This document shows, piece after piece, positions 1 through 9,851 of a stretch of DNA of 41,242 bases (the first letter of the stretch is position 1; every line of letters begins with the position of its first letter). Origin of the DNA: an uncultured Thermoplasmata archaeon. Its GTDB lineage: Archaea > Thermoplasmatota > Poseidoniia > MGIII > CG-Epi1. The position numbers and the translations under genes were made by a program. The notes below the pieces were generated by a model, which saw only the letters and a list, made by a program, of their open reading frames with translations, ran no database searches and had not been told where the DNA came from. Where the stretch lies: assembly GCA_964015055.1 (NCBI GenBank), contig CAXHBG010000002.1:1-41242 (forward strand), given 5' to 3'.

Positions 1-1060
1 AGGTGGGTAGCAAATCCTCAAAATGGAAATTATCTTTATGGTTATATCACAGATTGGGATACTTCAGCCGTTACAGATATGTCAGGATTATTTTCTGATT
101 TCAATATGTTTAATGCCAATGTTTCAGATTGGGACACTTCCAGTGTGACAAATATGAGCAATATCTTCTCTGGAGCAACTAATTTCAATCAAGATATTTC
201 AGGTTGGGATACTTCGAGTGTAACTGACATGAGCGGGATGTTTAACGGCGCTTCGACTTTCAATCAAGACATTTCAGGTTGGGATACATCTAGTGTTACA
301 GATATGGGACATATGCTTTCTGGCGCTTACAATTTTAATCAGGATATTTCAGGTTGGGATACTTCTATCGTGACAGATATGCAAAGCATGTTCGCTTATA
401 CCAATTTCAATCCAGATATTTCAGGTTGGGGTACTTCAAGCGTAACAGATATGGGAGGGATGTTTTTCTATGCATCATATTTCAATCAAGATATTTCAGG
501 TTGGGATACCTCAAGTGTAACAGATATGGGAGGGATGTTTCATTATGCATCAGCTTTCAATCAAGATATTTCAGGTTGGGACACTTCGAGTGTCGTACAT
601 TCAGCTTTCATGTTTTATGGTGCTGTAAGTTTCAATCAGGATCTTTCAGGATGGGACACCTCAAGTGTGACTGATATGAGTTATATGTTTTCTAGTACTA
701 ACTTCAATCCAGACCTTTCAAGTTGGGATACTTCAAGCGTGACTAGCATGGAATACATGTTTTATTCTGCAGAAAGCTTTGTTAGTGACATTTCAAGTTG
801 GGATACTTCAAGCGTAACTAGCATGAAAGGGATGTTCTATCATACGAATTTCAATGGAGACATTTCTGATTGGGATGTTTCAAACGTAACAGATTTGAGT
901 TATATGTTCCGCAGCAATAGCAATTTTAATCAAGATATTTCAGGCTGGGATACATCTAGAGTAACCAAAATGTCCTACATGTTTTATGCTGCTGCCAATT
1001 TTGATCAAGATATTTCACATTGGAACGTGTCTAGTGTAGTTACGTTTGCAACTATGTTTG
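1..1060 (+). repeat. Tandem ~78-bp coding repeats (DUF285 units)
   Basis: Strings such as ttcaatcaagatatttcaggttgggatac recur at ~78-bp spacing throughout the ORF. Confidence 0.8.
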
Positions 1061-1173
1061 ACGGTGCTACTAGCTTATCAGATGATAATAAATGCAGCAT
1101 TCACAACACTTTTAACTCAAATGATTCCTGGGGTTACAATTGGTGGGGCGAGTATTGCTCCTCTGACGAGTAA
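1..1173 (+). CDS. DUF285/BspA-like 26-residue surface-repeat protein, 5' partial
   Basis: 14 tandem copies of a ~26-aa unit (consensus [20 protein letters not shown]). Frame 1 has no stop between nt 1 and the listed ATG at 79 and already encodes a repeat ([16 protein letters not shown]), so the gene starts upstream of the window. Confidence 0.8.
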   Translation, partial: RWVANPQNGNYLYGYITDWDTSAVTDMSGLFSDFNMFNANVSDWDTSSVTNMSNIFSGATNFNQDISGWDTSSVTDMSGMFNGASTFNQDISGWDTSSVTDMGHMLSGAYNFNQDISGWDTSIVTDMQSMFAYTNFNPDISGWGTSSVTDMGGMFFYASYFNQDISGWDTSSVTDMGGMFHYASAFNQDISGWDTSSVVHSAFMFYGAVSFNQDLSGWDTSSVTDMSYMFSSTNFNPDLSSWDTSSVTSMEYMFYSAESFVSDISSWDTSSVTSMKGMFYHTNFNGDISDWDVSNVTDLSYMFRSNSNFNQDISGWDTSRVTKMSYMFYAAANFDQDISHWNVSSVVTFATMFDGATSLSDDNKCSIHNTFNSNDSWGYNWWGEYCSSDE

Positions 1174-1190
1174 ATGGTGAATAAATTTAG

Positions 1191-1207
1191 AAATTAATAA
1201 ATATTAG
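1191..1207 (+). promoter_or_regulatory. Putative TATA-box promoter for the 1225 gene (leaderless geometry)
   Basis: The A/T box aaattaataaatattag is centred ~26 nt upstream of the ATG at 1225. Confidence 0.35.
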
Positions 1208-1224
1208 AATTTATCTGTACCGAT

Positions 1225-4200
1225 ATGTACAAGATTTTCTTTTTGACAGTCTGCTTGCTTCTTTCACCCTTAATGGGGAATTTTGGAATGGCAATTGGAT
1301 TAGGAAGCGCATCTAACGCACAAACCATTGAAGCCAGTTGGGAATGGTCATCTGTTCTCTCTAATCGCATGAACATCGAATCGGATGACATGGGTACGGA
1401 TTCACAGGGAAATTCCTACATTGTAGGCACTACAGAAGGGCGACCTGATATCAAGGATTCCAGCGTATTCATAGGCGATCAATCGCAACTTGGGAAAAAT
1501 CTCTACGTTGCAAAATTCAACTCCAATGGAAACCTTGTTTGGTTTGCTAATGCAGGTGGGAACGGTGATGATTATGGAAAGGGCATTATTGTAGATGAAG
1601 ACAGCAATGGGAATGTGTTAATCTTCGTGACAGGGCAATTGGAAACACGAGATGTTGACCAGAATCAGGCCCTCATTCAATACAACATACATTTCGGTGA
1701 TGAACTGAATTATACCTCGAATGCTACAGTTGCTCCATTTGTTGCAAAGATTTCCTCGGCAGGGGCTTGGGAATGGGCAAAACTCGGTAAAGGTTTGGGA
1801 ATGAAGGCAGGCATGAGGGATATCGCATTCGATGGAGACAATAGCATCTACATAGGAGGGCGATACAGTGAATCGCTTGCATTCTCTAGTGTGGATAAAT
1901 CTGGAAACGAAATTTGGAATAGAGTATTGAATACATGCTCCGGACAGGCACAAATGGGATTTGTTGCTGCGTTCACTACAGGAGGAGATCATCGATTTAC
2001 TCAACAAACCGGTGGATGTCATACGTGGATTAACGCGGTTGCTGTTAGAGATAATAGCAAACTGTTTGTCGGGGGAGGATATAATCTGGGCGGAACAATA
2101 GGACAACAAACTTACACTGACCATTATTATACCTATCCAAGCGGTGCAACTAGTTCTGTGGGTGAGGAAGCATTCATTGCCACAGTTGATCCATTAACAG
2201 GAGATTGGGATTGGGTACGCAGAATAACAGGATTCAATAAAGATAGAATCAATGATATCGCTATTGATAGTGAGCATGATGCTTTGATTGCAGGAAATCA
2301 TCTTAATAACGTGAGTTTTGAAACGCCTGGTGTAAATTGTTCACCTCAGAGCACAGCATACACAACTAATCAATGTCTTCGATTCTATAACACTGGAGAT
2401 TTTGACATGTTCGTGGCAAAAATTTCGAGCGACGGCGATTGGATGTTTGCAGATTCGTTTGCTGGCGTAAACAATGATGGTATCGGTTCAACAGATTATC
2501 TTCAATCAATTACTCTTGACAGCAGTGATAATTTGTACGTGATGGGATTGTTTGTGAACAATCTTCATCTAGGACTTGACCATTTGCCTAATACGCCACA
2601 AGGACCTAATTATTTTGTGGCCAAAGCTAGCAATAACCCAATTCTTTCAGCTGATGGCGTTACACAAGAGCTTGATTGGATGTGGGCCTGCCAGGCTGGG
2701 CGAGTGGACGGTTACGGTACCGAAGATTTTACAGGTTGGTATTATCAAAAATTTAGCGGCATGGCGTTAGATCCGCAGGGAATTCCAATTATTACAGGAT
2801 TTTTTGAGAGTAGTGTCAAATTTGACCAGGATTACATCTCCGAAACCCCGACCGGAGAAGGCCTCAAGTCCACCTACATTGCTAAACCATCTGCATTTTG
2901 CGCAGACCCGCAGCCAGTACCTCAGCACATTGCTCTATCAAACATCAACAGGGATAATGTCCGTCTTCTTTCCAAATTCACAAATTACTCAAAAGAACAG
3001 GTAACAGATTTTAATTTTGCTGGTAAATTGGTTACAGTCTCCGTAAAGTCACACGGAGGTTATGGTGTTGCCATTGCTGAAGAAGCCTCTGCAAGACACC
3101 ATGGCAGCGATTATGGAGTTCCGATGAAAGGCACTTTGAGTAAACTGACAATCGTTGACGCAGGCAATGATCTCTCCTCACAAGCATTGCTCGATGCTAC
3201 ATATCCCATCGATGATTTTTCAGATTATGGAATCACTTTAGTCTCAGTATCTTCAGATTCATTTTCCAAAAATGAAAATTTTACTGAAAAAGCTAATACA
3301 TTGCAAGAATTGATTGAAAGCGGGATTTTTCCAATTTTTGAAGGTGAAGAGAAAAATGGAGATTCGTCAGATGAAGAGGTAGAAAAAGCACGCAAACCAA
3401 TCAAGGGCTACGTCTATATTCGAAAAACAAATCGAGGCGTTGACACAGGCGAACCAACGGAAATGGGTGTCGTTGCTTGGGGAGTTAAAGAGGCCGGAGA
3501 TGGGAATGGATATGTTGTCGACGATGGATCGCATTCACTGGAAGGAATCAAGTCGGAATGGGCCACTCAGGTCAATTCAGAGGACATTACTGATGTGTGT
3601 CACACATTGTTAACTACCATGGATTTCCTCTCGGAAGAAGATGCTTGCATTTCAGTTCTTGTTGAAGATCTTGAAAAGAGCGTTTCCCAAGATGGCGGAG
3701 GAGAGTGTTACATTACCTCAGTTCCTGTGAAGGACCAGTTTTATCTTGGAAAAGAATCACGAAACGATACAGATGATGGTATGAATATATCAACATCGGT
3801 AAAAAGAGTTGGAGATTTCTCCAAATTCTGCGCGCCTTCAACTGAGCCCGGCGATGAACCTAATAGAGGCTCTCAAAATTGCGGTACTGATGTTGCACTC
3901 TCAGATTTATCAGTTAGTACTGACATGCCATTCTATGAAGTTGGAGATGATGTGACAGTTACTTACGCGATAAATTGCGCCGTTGAACCAACTAACTACA
4001 CGCTCAAAGCAACGACCACTCGTGCATCAAATAACGAAGTTATTAGTGTGCAAGAATATTCGATTGTGGCCTCATCTCTTTCTGAAGCTATTGATGAAAT
4101 TCATATCGATTTAGATGCTGATGTATATTGTGTCGAGGTTTATTTGACTGAAGCAAATTATCCGCAGTTAGACGATGTCTCGACGTGTTTTGTAGTAAGT

Positions 4201-4314
4201 TCACAGGCAACCCCATCCGGAGGAGGTTCTCTTTCAGGCATTGGAATGTTTGTAAGTTTGAGCACCTTACTAGTTGTCGCATTCATTGGACGAAGAATGC
4301 AGATCGATAACTAA
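1225..4314 (+). CDS. Large secreted surface protein with SBBP-type beta-propeller repeats and a C-terminal membrane anchor
   Basis: N-terminal hydrophobic signal (MYKIFFLTVCLLLSPLMG). Recurrent SBBP-like motifs are present (LYVAKFNSNGNLVWF, FVAKISSAGAWEWA, FVAKISSDGDWMFA, YFVAKASNN). The C-terminus is Gly/Ser-rich, then hydrophobic, then RR (GIGMFVSLSTLLVVAFIGRR). Confidence 0.75.
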   Translation: MYKIFFLTVCLLLSPLMGNFGMAIGLGSASNAQTIEASWEWSSVLSNRMNIESDDMGTDSQGNSYIVGTTEGRPDIKDSSVFIGDQSQLGKNLYVAKFNSNGNLVWFANAGGNGDDYGKGIIVDEDSNGNVLIFVTGQLETRDVDQNQALIQYNIHFGDELNYTSNATVAPFVAKISSAGAWEWAKLGKGLGMKAGMRDIAFDGDNSIYIGGRYSESLAFSSVDKSGNEIWNRVLNTCSGQAQMGFVAAFTTGGDHRFTQQTGGCHTWINAVAVRDNSKLFVGGGYNLGGTIGQQTYTDHYYTYPSGATSSVGEEAFIATVDPLTGDWDWVRRITGFNKDRINDIAIDSEHDALIAGNHLNNVSFETPGVNCSPQSTAYTTNQCLRFYNTGDFDMFVAKISSDGDWMFADSFAGVNNDGIGSTDYLQSITLDSSDNLYVMGLFVNNLHLGLDHLPNTPQGPNYFVAKASNNPILSADGVTQELDWMWACQAGRVDGYGTEDFTGWYYQKFSGMALDPQGIPIITGFFESSVKFDQDYISETPTGEGLKSTYIAKPSAFCADPQPVPQHIALSNINRDNVRLLSKFTNYSKEQVTDFNFAGKLVTVSVKSHGGYGVAIAEEASARHHGSDYGVPMKGTLSKLTIVDAGNDLSSQALLDATYPIDDFSDYGITLVSVSSDSFSKNENFTEKANTLQELIESGIFPIFEGEEKNGDSSDEEVEKARKPIKGYVYIRKTNRGVDTGEPTEMGVVAWGVKEAGDGNGYVVDDGSHSLEGIKSEWATQVNSEDITDVCHTLLTTMDFLSEEDACISVLVEDLEKSVSQDGGGECYITSVPVKDQFYLGKESRNDTDDGMNISTSVKRVGDFSKFCAPSTEPGDEPNRGSQNCGTDVALSDLSVSTDMPFYEVGDDVTVTYAINCAVEPTNYTLKATTTRASNNEVISVQEYSIVASSLSEAIDEIHIDLDADVYCVEVYLTEANYPQLDDVSTCFVVSSQATPSGGGSLSGIGMFVSLSTLLVVAFIGRRMQIDN

Positions 4315-4335
4315 CGGTTTCACAGAGCCAATAAA

Positions 4336-4728
4336 TTACTCACATTGAACAATTTCAAGCAGAACACCACCAGTATCTTTAGGGTGAAAAAAGGCAACTA
4401 GTGTATTGTCTGCACCAGGACGAGGAGCTTCCCCAATAGGTTCTAGACCGTTCTTTTTTGCTTTTGCTAAGGATTGTTCAATATCATCAACTTCCAAAGC
4501 TAAATGATGAATTCCAGGCCCTTTTTTGTCAACAAATTTACCAACTGGCGTATCTTTTCCCATTGGTTCTAGTAATTCAATTTCGTAACCACCGACTTTG
4601 ATATGTGCAGTAGTTACTCCTTCGGATTCAACTTCTTCAGTATGATCTAGTTTTAGACCTAGAGATTCCCACATAGGCAATCTTTCCTCAATAGAATCTA
4701 CAGCGATGCCAATGTGTCTTATTTTCAC
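4336..4728 (-). CDS. mce: Methylmalonyl-CoA epimerase (VOC/glyoxalase fold)
   Basis: Full-length match to the MCE pattern (KIRHIGIAV ... ELLEP ... GPGIHHLALEVDDIE ... FFHPKDTGGVLLEIVQ). I place the start at the GTG at 4728 (MKIRHIGIAV). The ORF-track TTG at 4791 would leave only 2 bp to the divergent panD. Confidence 0.85.
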   Translation of the reverse strand: MKIRHIGIAVDSIEERLPMWESLGLKLDHTEEVESEGVTTAHIKVGGYEIELLEPMGKDTPVGKFVDKKGPGIHHLALEVDDIEQSLAKAKKNGLEPIGEAPRPGADNTLVAFFHPKDTGGVLLEIVQCE

Positions 4729-4793
4729 AAATTGCAAACAAAGCGATACTATTTCAAGATTATCAATATTTACCGCCTCCTTAGTAAACAATA

Positions 4794-5153
4794 GTGTCTC
4801 ACAGCATAACCGTATTGAAATCTAAGTTGCACAATGCAAAAGTTACACATGCATTGAAGGACTATGAAGGTTCAGTAGCATTAAGTCCTGAATTAATTAA
4901 ATTGGGGAAATTTTCAATGCATGAACAAGTACATTTGTGGAACATAACACAAGGCACTCGATTAATTACGTACATTATGGAATATGATGGAGATGAAAAA
5001 GGAATAATTTGCGTAAATGGTGCAGCAGCACACAGGGCAAATCCTGGCGATAGAGTAATACTAGCTACTTTTGCCGAAATTGATTCAGAAAAAGCAGATA
5101 ATTGGGAACCTCACATCGTAATTATGAATGAGAATAACACTAAAAAAGAGTAA
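4794..5153 (+). CDS. panD: Aspartate 1-decarboxylase, pyruvoyl-dependent (bacterial PanD type)
   Basis: Collinear with E. coli PanD: KSKLHNAKVTHA, self-cleavage site YEGS, NGAAAH, PGDRVIL. GTG start. Confidence 0.85.
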   Translation: MSHSITVLKSKLHNAKVTHALKDYEGSVALSPELIKLGKFSMHEQVHLWNITQGTRLITYIMEYDGDEKGIICVNGAAAHRANPGDRVILATFAEIDSEKADNWEPHIVIMNENNTKKE

Positions 5154-5169
5154 AATACTAGAAGTTAAC

Positions 5170-5176
5170 TTTTTTT
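5170..5176 (+). terminator. Oligo-T tract downstream of panD (archaeal-type terminator candidate)
   Basis: A T7 run lies 17 nt after the panD stop codon. Confidence 0.3.
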
Positions 5177-5199
5177 AAGAACAACATTAGGCCTTTATT

Positions 5200-7521
5200 A
5201 TGCAACAAAAGGTAGCCCTAGCTATGTTTGCCATTTTACTCATCAGTAATATTGGCGCATCAGCCCCAGCAAATGAGAATGTTTTACACCCCAATATAGT
5301 TAGAGCTATGGACGATGCAGACGCTAATGCACAAATTGAATTCATAGTTCAATATCGTCCTGAACTTACAACTCAGCATTTACAAGTAGCAGAAGAAATT
5401 GGCATTGAAGTTATCAGTACTTTCGAATTTATTGATGGCTTTTTTGGAAAAGCTACAGCTTCACAAATTAGAGATTTAAGCAAACAAGATGATATTTTTT
5501 GGATTGAGCATAATTCACAGATGGAATATTATATGCAAGATACTACCAGAGTAATCAATGCGGTAGAAACCTGGCAAACAGTAATAATCAATGAGAACGA
5601 ACAAGTTATTGCTGATCAAGCTAATCAACATACATACATTGATGGAACAGGAGTAGCTGCCGTAATTATTGACACAGGAGTAGATGCAGGCCATCCTGAT
5701 TTTGATTATGATGAAGGAAAAACAGTTTCTTACAAGTTTGACAGAGCAACAAGAACTTGGATAGAAGCTGAAAATTCCGATACCTCTAGCGGTCATGGAA
5801 CTCACTGTGCAGGAACAGTAGGAGGTAACGGAGATGCATCTGCAGGAGCCAAGAAAGGAGTAGCTCCGGGTGCAACATTAGTTGGAATGGGAGTTGGAGA
5901 CATTGCATTCATTGACAATGCAGTTGAGGCTTTCCAATGGGTTTACGATAATTCAAGGCCAGATGCAAATCCGTTGAATATTCGAGTCACATCTAATTCA
6001 TGGGGAAGTTCAGGTTCAGAATATGATCCATCTAATGCCATTTCACAGGCAGTTCTAAATTTACAATATGATAACAATGTTGTTTCAGTATTTGCAGCAG
6101 GTAATTCAGGAGGAGACGGTAGCGATTTACAAACAAATCCATACGCTAGTATTCCTCTAGTGATTGGAGTTGCAGCACTTGAACACGATGGCTCTGGAAT
6201 TGCAGGATTCTCATCTAGAGGAGACATGACTAAGCCGCAAACATGGCCTGATATTGGAGCGCCCGGAGTAAATATTTGGGCAACAGCCCCTCGAGCCACC
6301 CTAATCGATATACTACAAAGGCCATCAGATGACGATCTTTACTATATGGCAATTTCAGGTACTTCTATGGCAACACCACACATTGCCGGTGTAGCTACTT
6401 TATTGTATCAAGCAGCCCCATCACTAGGAGTTGCAGATTATCTCTATGAAGACCACGAAACCCTTGAAGGTGAATGGTATGGCGACAGAATCGATACTTT
6501 TGTTTCAGAAGCCGAGCTAATTATGGAACTTTCAGGAAGATATATCGAAGGTGGACAATCAAACGCCAATGGAACAGTAAGTAAAACAGGAATGATTCAC
6601 GATTGGGGACAGGGTCATGGATTAATTGATACAAAATATGCAGTCCAGATGGCATTGACTCTAGAAAGTATGAGAAATGCAGATGAAGATGGTGATGGAA
6701 TTCTAGATAATGAAGATGTCACTGTTTTTGATGCAAGAGATGCAATGCTAGGAATATCTCATATCCACAAGGCAAAACAATACACAGATACGCTAAAAGC
6801 AGAATGGAAAGGAGAATGGGCTTATTTTGTAGGTAGCAGCGGAACGTATGTTACAGATTCCACTCACTACTTACATGTCCCAGAGGGAACAGTTAGTGCC
6901 GAAATTGTACTATCTTACCCTCAAGTAAACACAGATAGATTTACCGTTGCAGATTTAGAATTATCAATTGATATTAACAGCGATGGATCAAATGATAACT
7001 CACAGAGCCTAGGAACTAACACTAACGCTAAAGAATACACAATAGCAGTAGATGAGTCCAGTAGCGGTCATCTTTGGGTATTCGGAATTGAAGGAACTGC
7101 AGTAGGAATTAAACCAAATCAAGGAGCAACTCTTGAAGAGTTTTGGGAACCTCGTGTTCCTTACGATGTAAATGTTCGATTGATAATGGGCACAGGAGAT
7201 CACTACGTCGATGAAAATATGACAAATTATGGAGATTATGCTTGTTCCACAGATGGAGTAAATATGAATACACCAAATCAGGCATGCATCTCTAAATTAG
7301 AATTTGGAGAGCCCTCCTCAGCTTACAACGGAACAAATTTCATCGAAATGAATTACAATGCGTTCAATCTAAGTAGATTACAAATGGGAGTTGAAACAAT
7401 ACAAGAAATAGAAGAATCTGCCTGGAATCTCAGAAATGTAGCAATATTCGCCGGAGCTAGCGGAATGATAGGCGGCGGATTGGTATTCATTTTCTCCTCA
7501 CGCCGTATATTCGGAAGCTAA
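5200..7521 (+). CDS. Secreted, membrane-anchored subtilisin-like serine protease (peptidase S8) with I9-like propeptide
   Basis: Signal peptide, then catalytic motifs VIIDTGVD (Asp), HGTHCAGTVGG (His), SNSWG and SGTSMATPHIAG (Ser). Also a DEDGDGILDNEDV calcium-type loop and a C-terminal hydrophobic segment plus RR (GGGLVFIFSSRR). Confidence 0.9.
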   Translation: MQQKVALAMFAILLISNIGASAPANENVLHPNIVRAMDDADANAQIEFIVQYRPELTTQHLQVAEEIGIEVISTFEFIDGFFGKATASQIRDLSKQDDIFWIEHNSQMEYYMQDTTRVINAVETWQTVIINENEQVIADQANQHTYIDGTGVAAVIIDTGVDAGHPDFDYDEGKTVSYKFDRATRTWIEAENSDTSSGHGTHCAGTVGGNGDASAGAKKGVAPGATLVGMGVGDIAFIDNAVEAFQWVYDNSRPDANPLNIRVTSNSWGSSGSEYDPSNAISQAVLNLQYDNNVVSVFAAGNSGGDGSDLQTNPYASIPLVIGVAALEHDGSGIAGFSSRGDMTKPQTWPDIGAPGVNIWATAPRATLIDILQRPSDDDLYYMAISGTSMATPHIAGVATLLYQAAPSLGVADYLYEDHETLEGEWYGDRIDTFVSEAELIMELSGRYIEGGQSNANGTVSKTGMIHDWGQGHGLIDTKYAVQMALTLESMRNADEDGDGILDNEDVTVFDARDAMLGISHIHKAKQYTDTLKAEWKGEWAYFVGSSGTYVTDSTHYLHVPEGTVSAEIVLSYPQVNTDRFTVADLELSIDINSDGSNDNSQSLGTNTNAKEYTIAVDESSSGHLWVFGIEGTAVGIKPNQGATLEEFWEPRVPYDVNVRLIMGTGDHYVDENMTNYGDYACSTDGVNMNTPNQACISKLEFGEPSSAYNGTNFIEMNYNAFNLSRLQMGVETIQEIEESAWNLRNVAIFAGASGMIGGGLVFIFSSRRIFGS

Positions 7522-7535
7522 TACACAAAATTAGT

Positions 7536-7545
7536 AAAGTATATC
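7536..7545 (+). promoter_or_regulatory. Putative TATA box for the 7569 gene
   Basis: aaagtatatc is centred ~28 nt upstream of the ATG at 7569. Confidence 0.35.
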
Positions 7546-7568
7546 AGGCAGCCTGCAAGATAACTAGT

Positions 7569-9050
7569 ATGGGCAAAGAATGGAACTCATTTTTCGCAGT
7601 CATTTTTGTGATGACAACATCGCTTTCAGGCTGTTTAAATGAAGATTCTTCAAATAATTCTCCTATCATCGTAGAAGCAGGACTTCCTGACGGTTTTTTT
7701 GTTACAGATTCAACTGGTAACTATACAGACGTAGCACCATTAGAAATGCAATTTTACTTCAGTAATGTAGGGGAGCAAGGTGCAGAACCTAGTCTGGGCG
7801 TCACTTCTAGCGGCTGTATTTTCTTTATTGCATTTGAAAAACCAATGAGATCATGTGATGGCGGCCTTACTTGGGAAAATACGGCAGATGCTTCTCAAGC
7901 ATTTTTCACAAATGATCCCTACGGTTGGGTAGATCCAATTACTGACCGAGTTTTCAATATTCATATGATGGGACTTTGGACAACGTGGATCGGATGGACC
8001 GATAATGACGGTGAAAGTTGGGAAGCAAATCCTCATGACTCTGGAGCTCCAGTTAACGATCACATCAAACTAGGATCAGGCCCGTGGACTGATGCAGGAT
8101 ATGGAATTGGAGGTGGAGCGACTTCAGGCTTTTATGAAACAGCAGTTTACTTCTGTTACAATAAGCTAGCTTATATTTCATGTTACACTAGTTATGATGG
8201 CGGCGCCTCTTTCGAAGCTGGTGGGAATTTAGTTGGAATAGCTACAGCAAATGGGGGGTTACATGGTGCAATCACAAGTGCACCTGACGGTACAGTTTAT
8301 CTTCCACCTAGAGTAGCAACTCCCGCAATTATCTTCTCTAAAGATAATGGACTCACTTGGGAAGAAAGGACGATGGGGCAAGACGTAGGAACTCCGAATC
8401 CACGTAAGAATGGAGAAGTTGCTACAGACACAGAATCTAATGCTTACAACGTTTGGGTAGGCGGAGATCAAGGAGTTTACATGTCAAGAAGTATTGATTC
8501 TGGAGATACTTGGGATCAAGAAAGTATTCGAGTGAGCCCAGTTGAAGTCATCTCTGCAACTTTTCCACATACTTCTGCAGGAGATCCCGGCAGGATAGCC
8601 ATAGCGTATCTTGGAAGTGAAAATGCTAGTGCACTAGGCCAGCCAGATATAGATGGAAATCCATGGAATGGTAATGCACATTATGCTACTACAAATGTCA
8701 GTCATCACTTATACGTTACATATAGTCTAAATGCTCTTGATGAAAATCCTATATTCCACACTCAAAGACTCACTACAGATCCAGTTCAAGTTGGGAGTAT
8801 CTGTCTTAATAGCGGAGATTGTCGCTCTAATGAAGGCGGTTCTAACCGTAATCTGCTAGACTTTAACGATCTTCACATTGATCTAGAAGGAAGAGTATAC
8901 ATTGCATTTGCAGATGGATGTACTGGAACTTGTGCCTCTGGAGAGGATACTTCGTCATCAAATTCAAGAGATAGATTGGGTTCGGTCTATTACCTTGAAG
9001 CAGGCCCTAGTTTGTACGAATCTGACATTGACCTAATTCCGTTAGTTTAA
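7569..9050 (+). CDS. Secreted BNR/Asp-box repeat protein (sialidase-like beta-propeller fold), probable lipoprotein
   Basis: Lipobox-like LSGC follows the N-terminal hydrophobic segment. Repeated SxDxGxTW Asp-boxes are present (SCDGGLTWE, DNDGESWE, SKDNGLTWE, SIDSGDTWD). Confidence 0.75.
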   Translation: MGKEWNSFFAVIFVMTTSLSGCLNEDSSNNSPIIVEAGLPDGFFVTDSTGNYTDVAPLEMQFYFSNVGEQGAEPSLGVTSSGCIFFIAFEKPMRSCDGGLTWENTADASQAFFTNDPYGWVDPITDRVFNIHMMGLWTTWIGWTDNDGESWEANPHDSGAPVNDHIKLGSGPWTDAGYGIGGGATSGFYETAVYFCYNKLAYISCYTSYDGGASFEAGGNLVGIATANGGLHGAITSAPDGTVYLPPRVATPAIIFSKDNGLTWEERTMGQDVGTPNPRKNGEVATDTESNAYNVWVGGDQGVYMSRSIDSGDTWDQESIRVSPVEVISATFPHTSAGDPGRIAIAYLGSENASALGQPDIDGNPWNGNAHYATTNVSHHLYVTYSLNALDENPIFHTQRLTTDPVQVGSICLNSGDCRSNEGGSNRNLLDFNDLHIDLEGRVYIAFADGCTGTCASGEDTSSSNSRDRLGSVYYLEAGPSLYESDIDLIPLV

Positions 9051-9052
9051 GA

Positions 9053-9805
9053 TTAATTTCTTCTTTTAAAAGCAACACAGATAATGCTGATCAAAGCAAC
9101 CAACAATCCAAATCCAGGAGTATCTTCTTCATAGGTACAAGAACCATCATCCTCGGTTGCGTCGGGGTTATAATTTTCAGCACTTCGGTGAATACATCCA
9201 GGAATTTCTTCTGTAACATTTGTCGGAACGTCTTGTAATGCAGCAGGACATCCATCAGCAGAATCAAAAGGGCAAATATCTACATTATCTTTCACACCAT
9301 CGTTGTCAGAATCGTCAATACAGCCGTCAGCATTTGCATCATAGCCACTAGAATCTTCGTCTGGACATGAGTCCTCATTGTCGATAATACCATCTTTGTC
9401 CGTATCTACTGTACTTCCAACATAGAAAGACCAATTGTGATTGGCCAAAACAGTCTCATTATGATACAATGTAATGTTTGCAGAATGAGTTCCATTATCT
9501 AAATTAGTATGATTCATTTCTAAGTCAGATTCGGATTCGACTGCATTGTAGAAAGAAGGTTGCTTGTAAGCTCCAGTTTCATTATAGATAGAAACAATTG
9601 AATGCGTCCAATTAAGAGACTCATTTGTAATAACTAAAACGGAATGATGAGTCCCATTCATAGTCCATTCGAACCAGTCAGAGTCTGTTAGAATTTCAGT
9701 TTCACTGTCATTATCTTCAGATATAGCATTAGGTAGTGTGCTAATTGATAAAGCAAGTAAAATTGCAAATCCGATACCTACAGCCTTCATTTGTGCTAAT
9801 TTCAT
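9053..9805 (-). CDS. Secreted glycoprotein with thrombospondin type-3 calcium-binding repeats and a PGF-CTERM sorting signal
   Basis: Signal peptide, 11 N-x-S/T sequons, and TSP3 repeats (DTDKDGIIDNEDSCPD, DSDNDGVKDNVDICP). The C-terminal TPGFGLLVALISIICVAFKRRN is the PGF + TM + basic tripartite signal. Confidence 0.8.
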   Translation of the reverse strand: MKLAQMKAVGIGFAILLALSISTLPNAISEDNDSETEILTDSDWFEWTMNGTHHSVLVITNESLNWTHSIVSIYNETGAYKQPSFYNAVESESDLEMNHTNLDNGTHSANITLYHNETVLANHNWSFYVGSTVDTDKDGIIDNEDSCPDEDSSGYDANADGCIDDSDNDGVKDNVDICPFDSADGCPAALQDVPTNVTEEIPGCIHRSAENYNPDATEDDGSCTYEEDTPGFGLLVALISIICVAFKRRN

Positions 9806-9851
9806 AATCGTAAATTAAAATTATACTATTTAACTTAAATCCTAAGAAATT

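Noticed and set aside
354-674. 106-aa alternative-frame ORF inside the DUF285 gene
   Set aside because: It is a periodic artefact of the 78-bp repeat read out of frame, giving a repetitive R/Y/F-rich peptide with no independent signals.
4729-4791. TTG-initiated 21-codon extension of methylmalonyl-CoA epimerase
   Set aside because: It would leave 2 bp between divergent genes with no room for promoters. Epimerases of this family start a few residues before the I-x-H-I-G-I-A-V strand, which matches the GTG at 4728.
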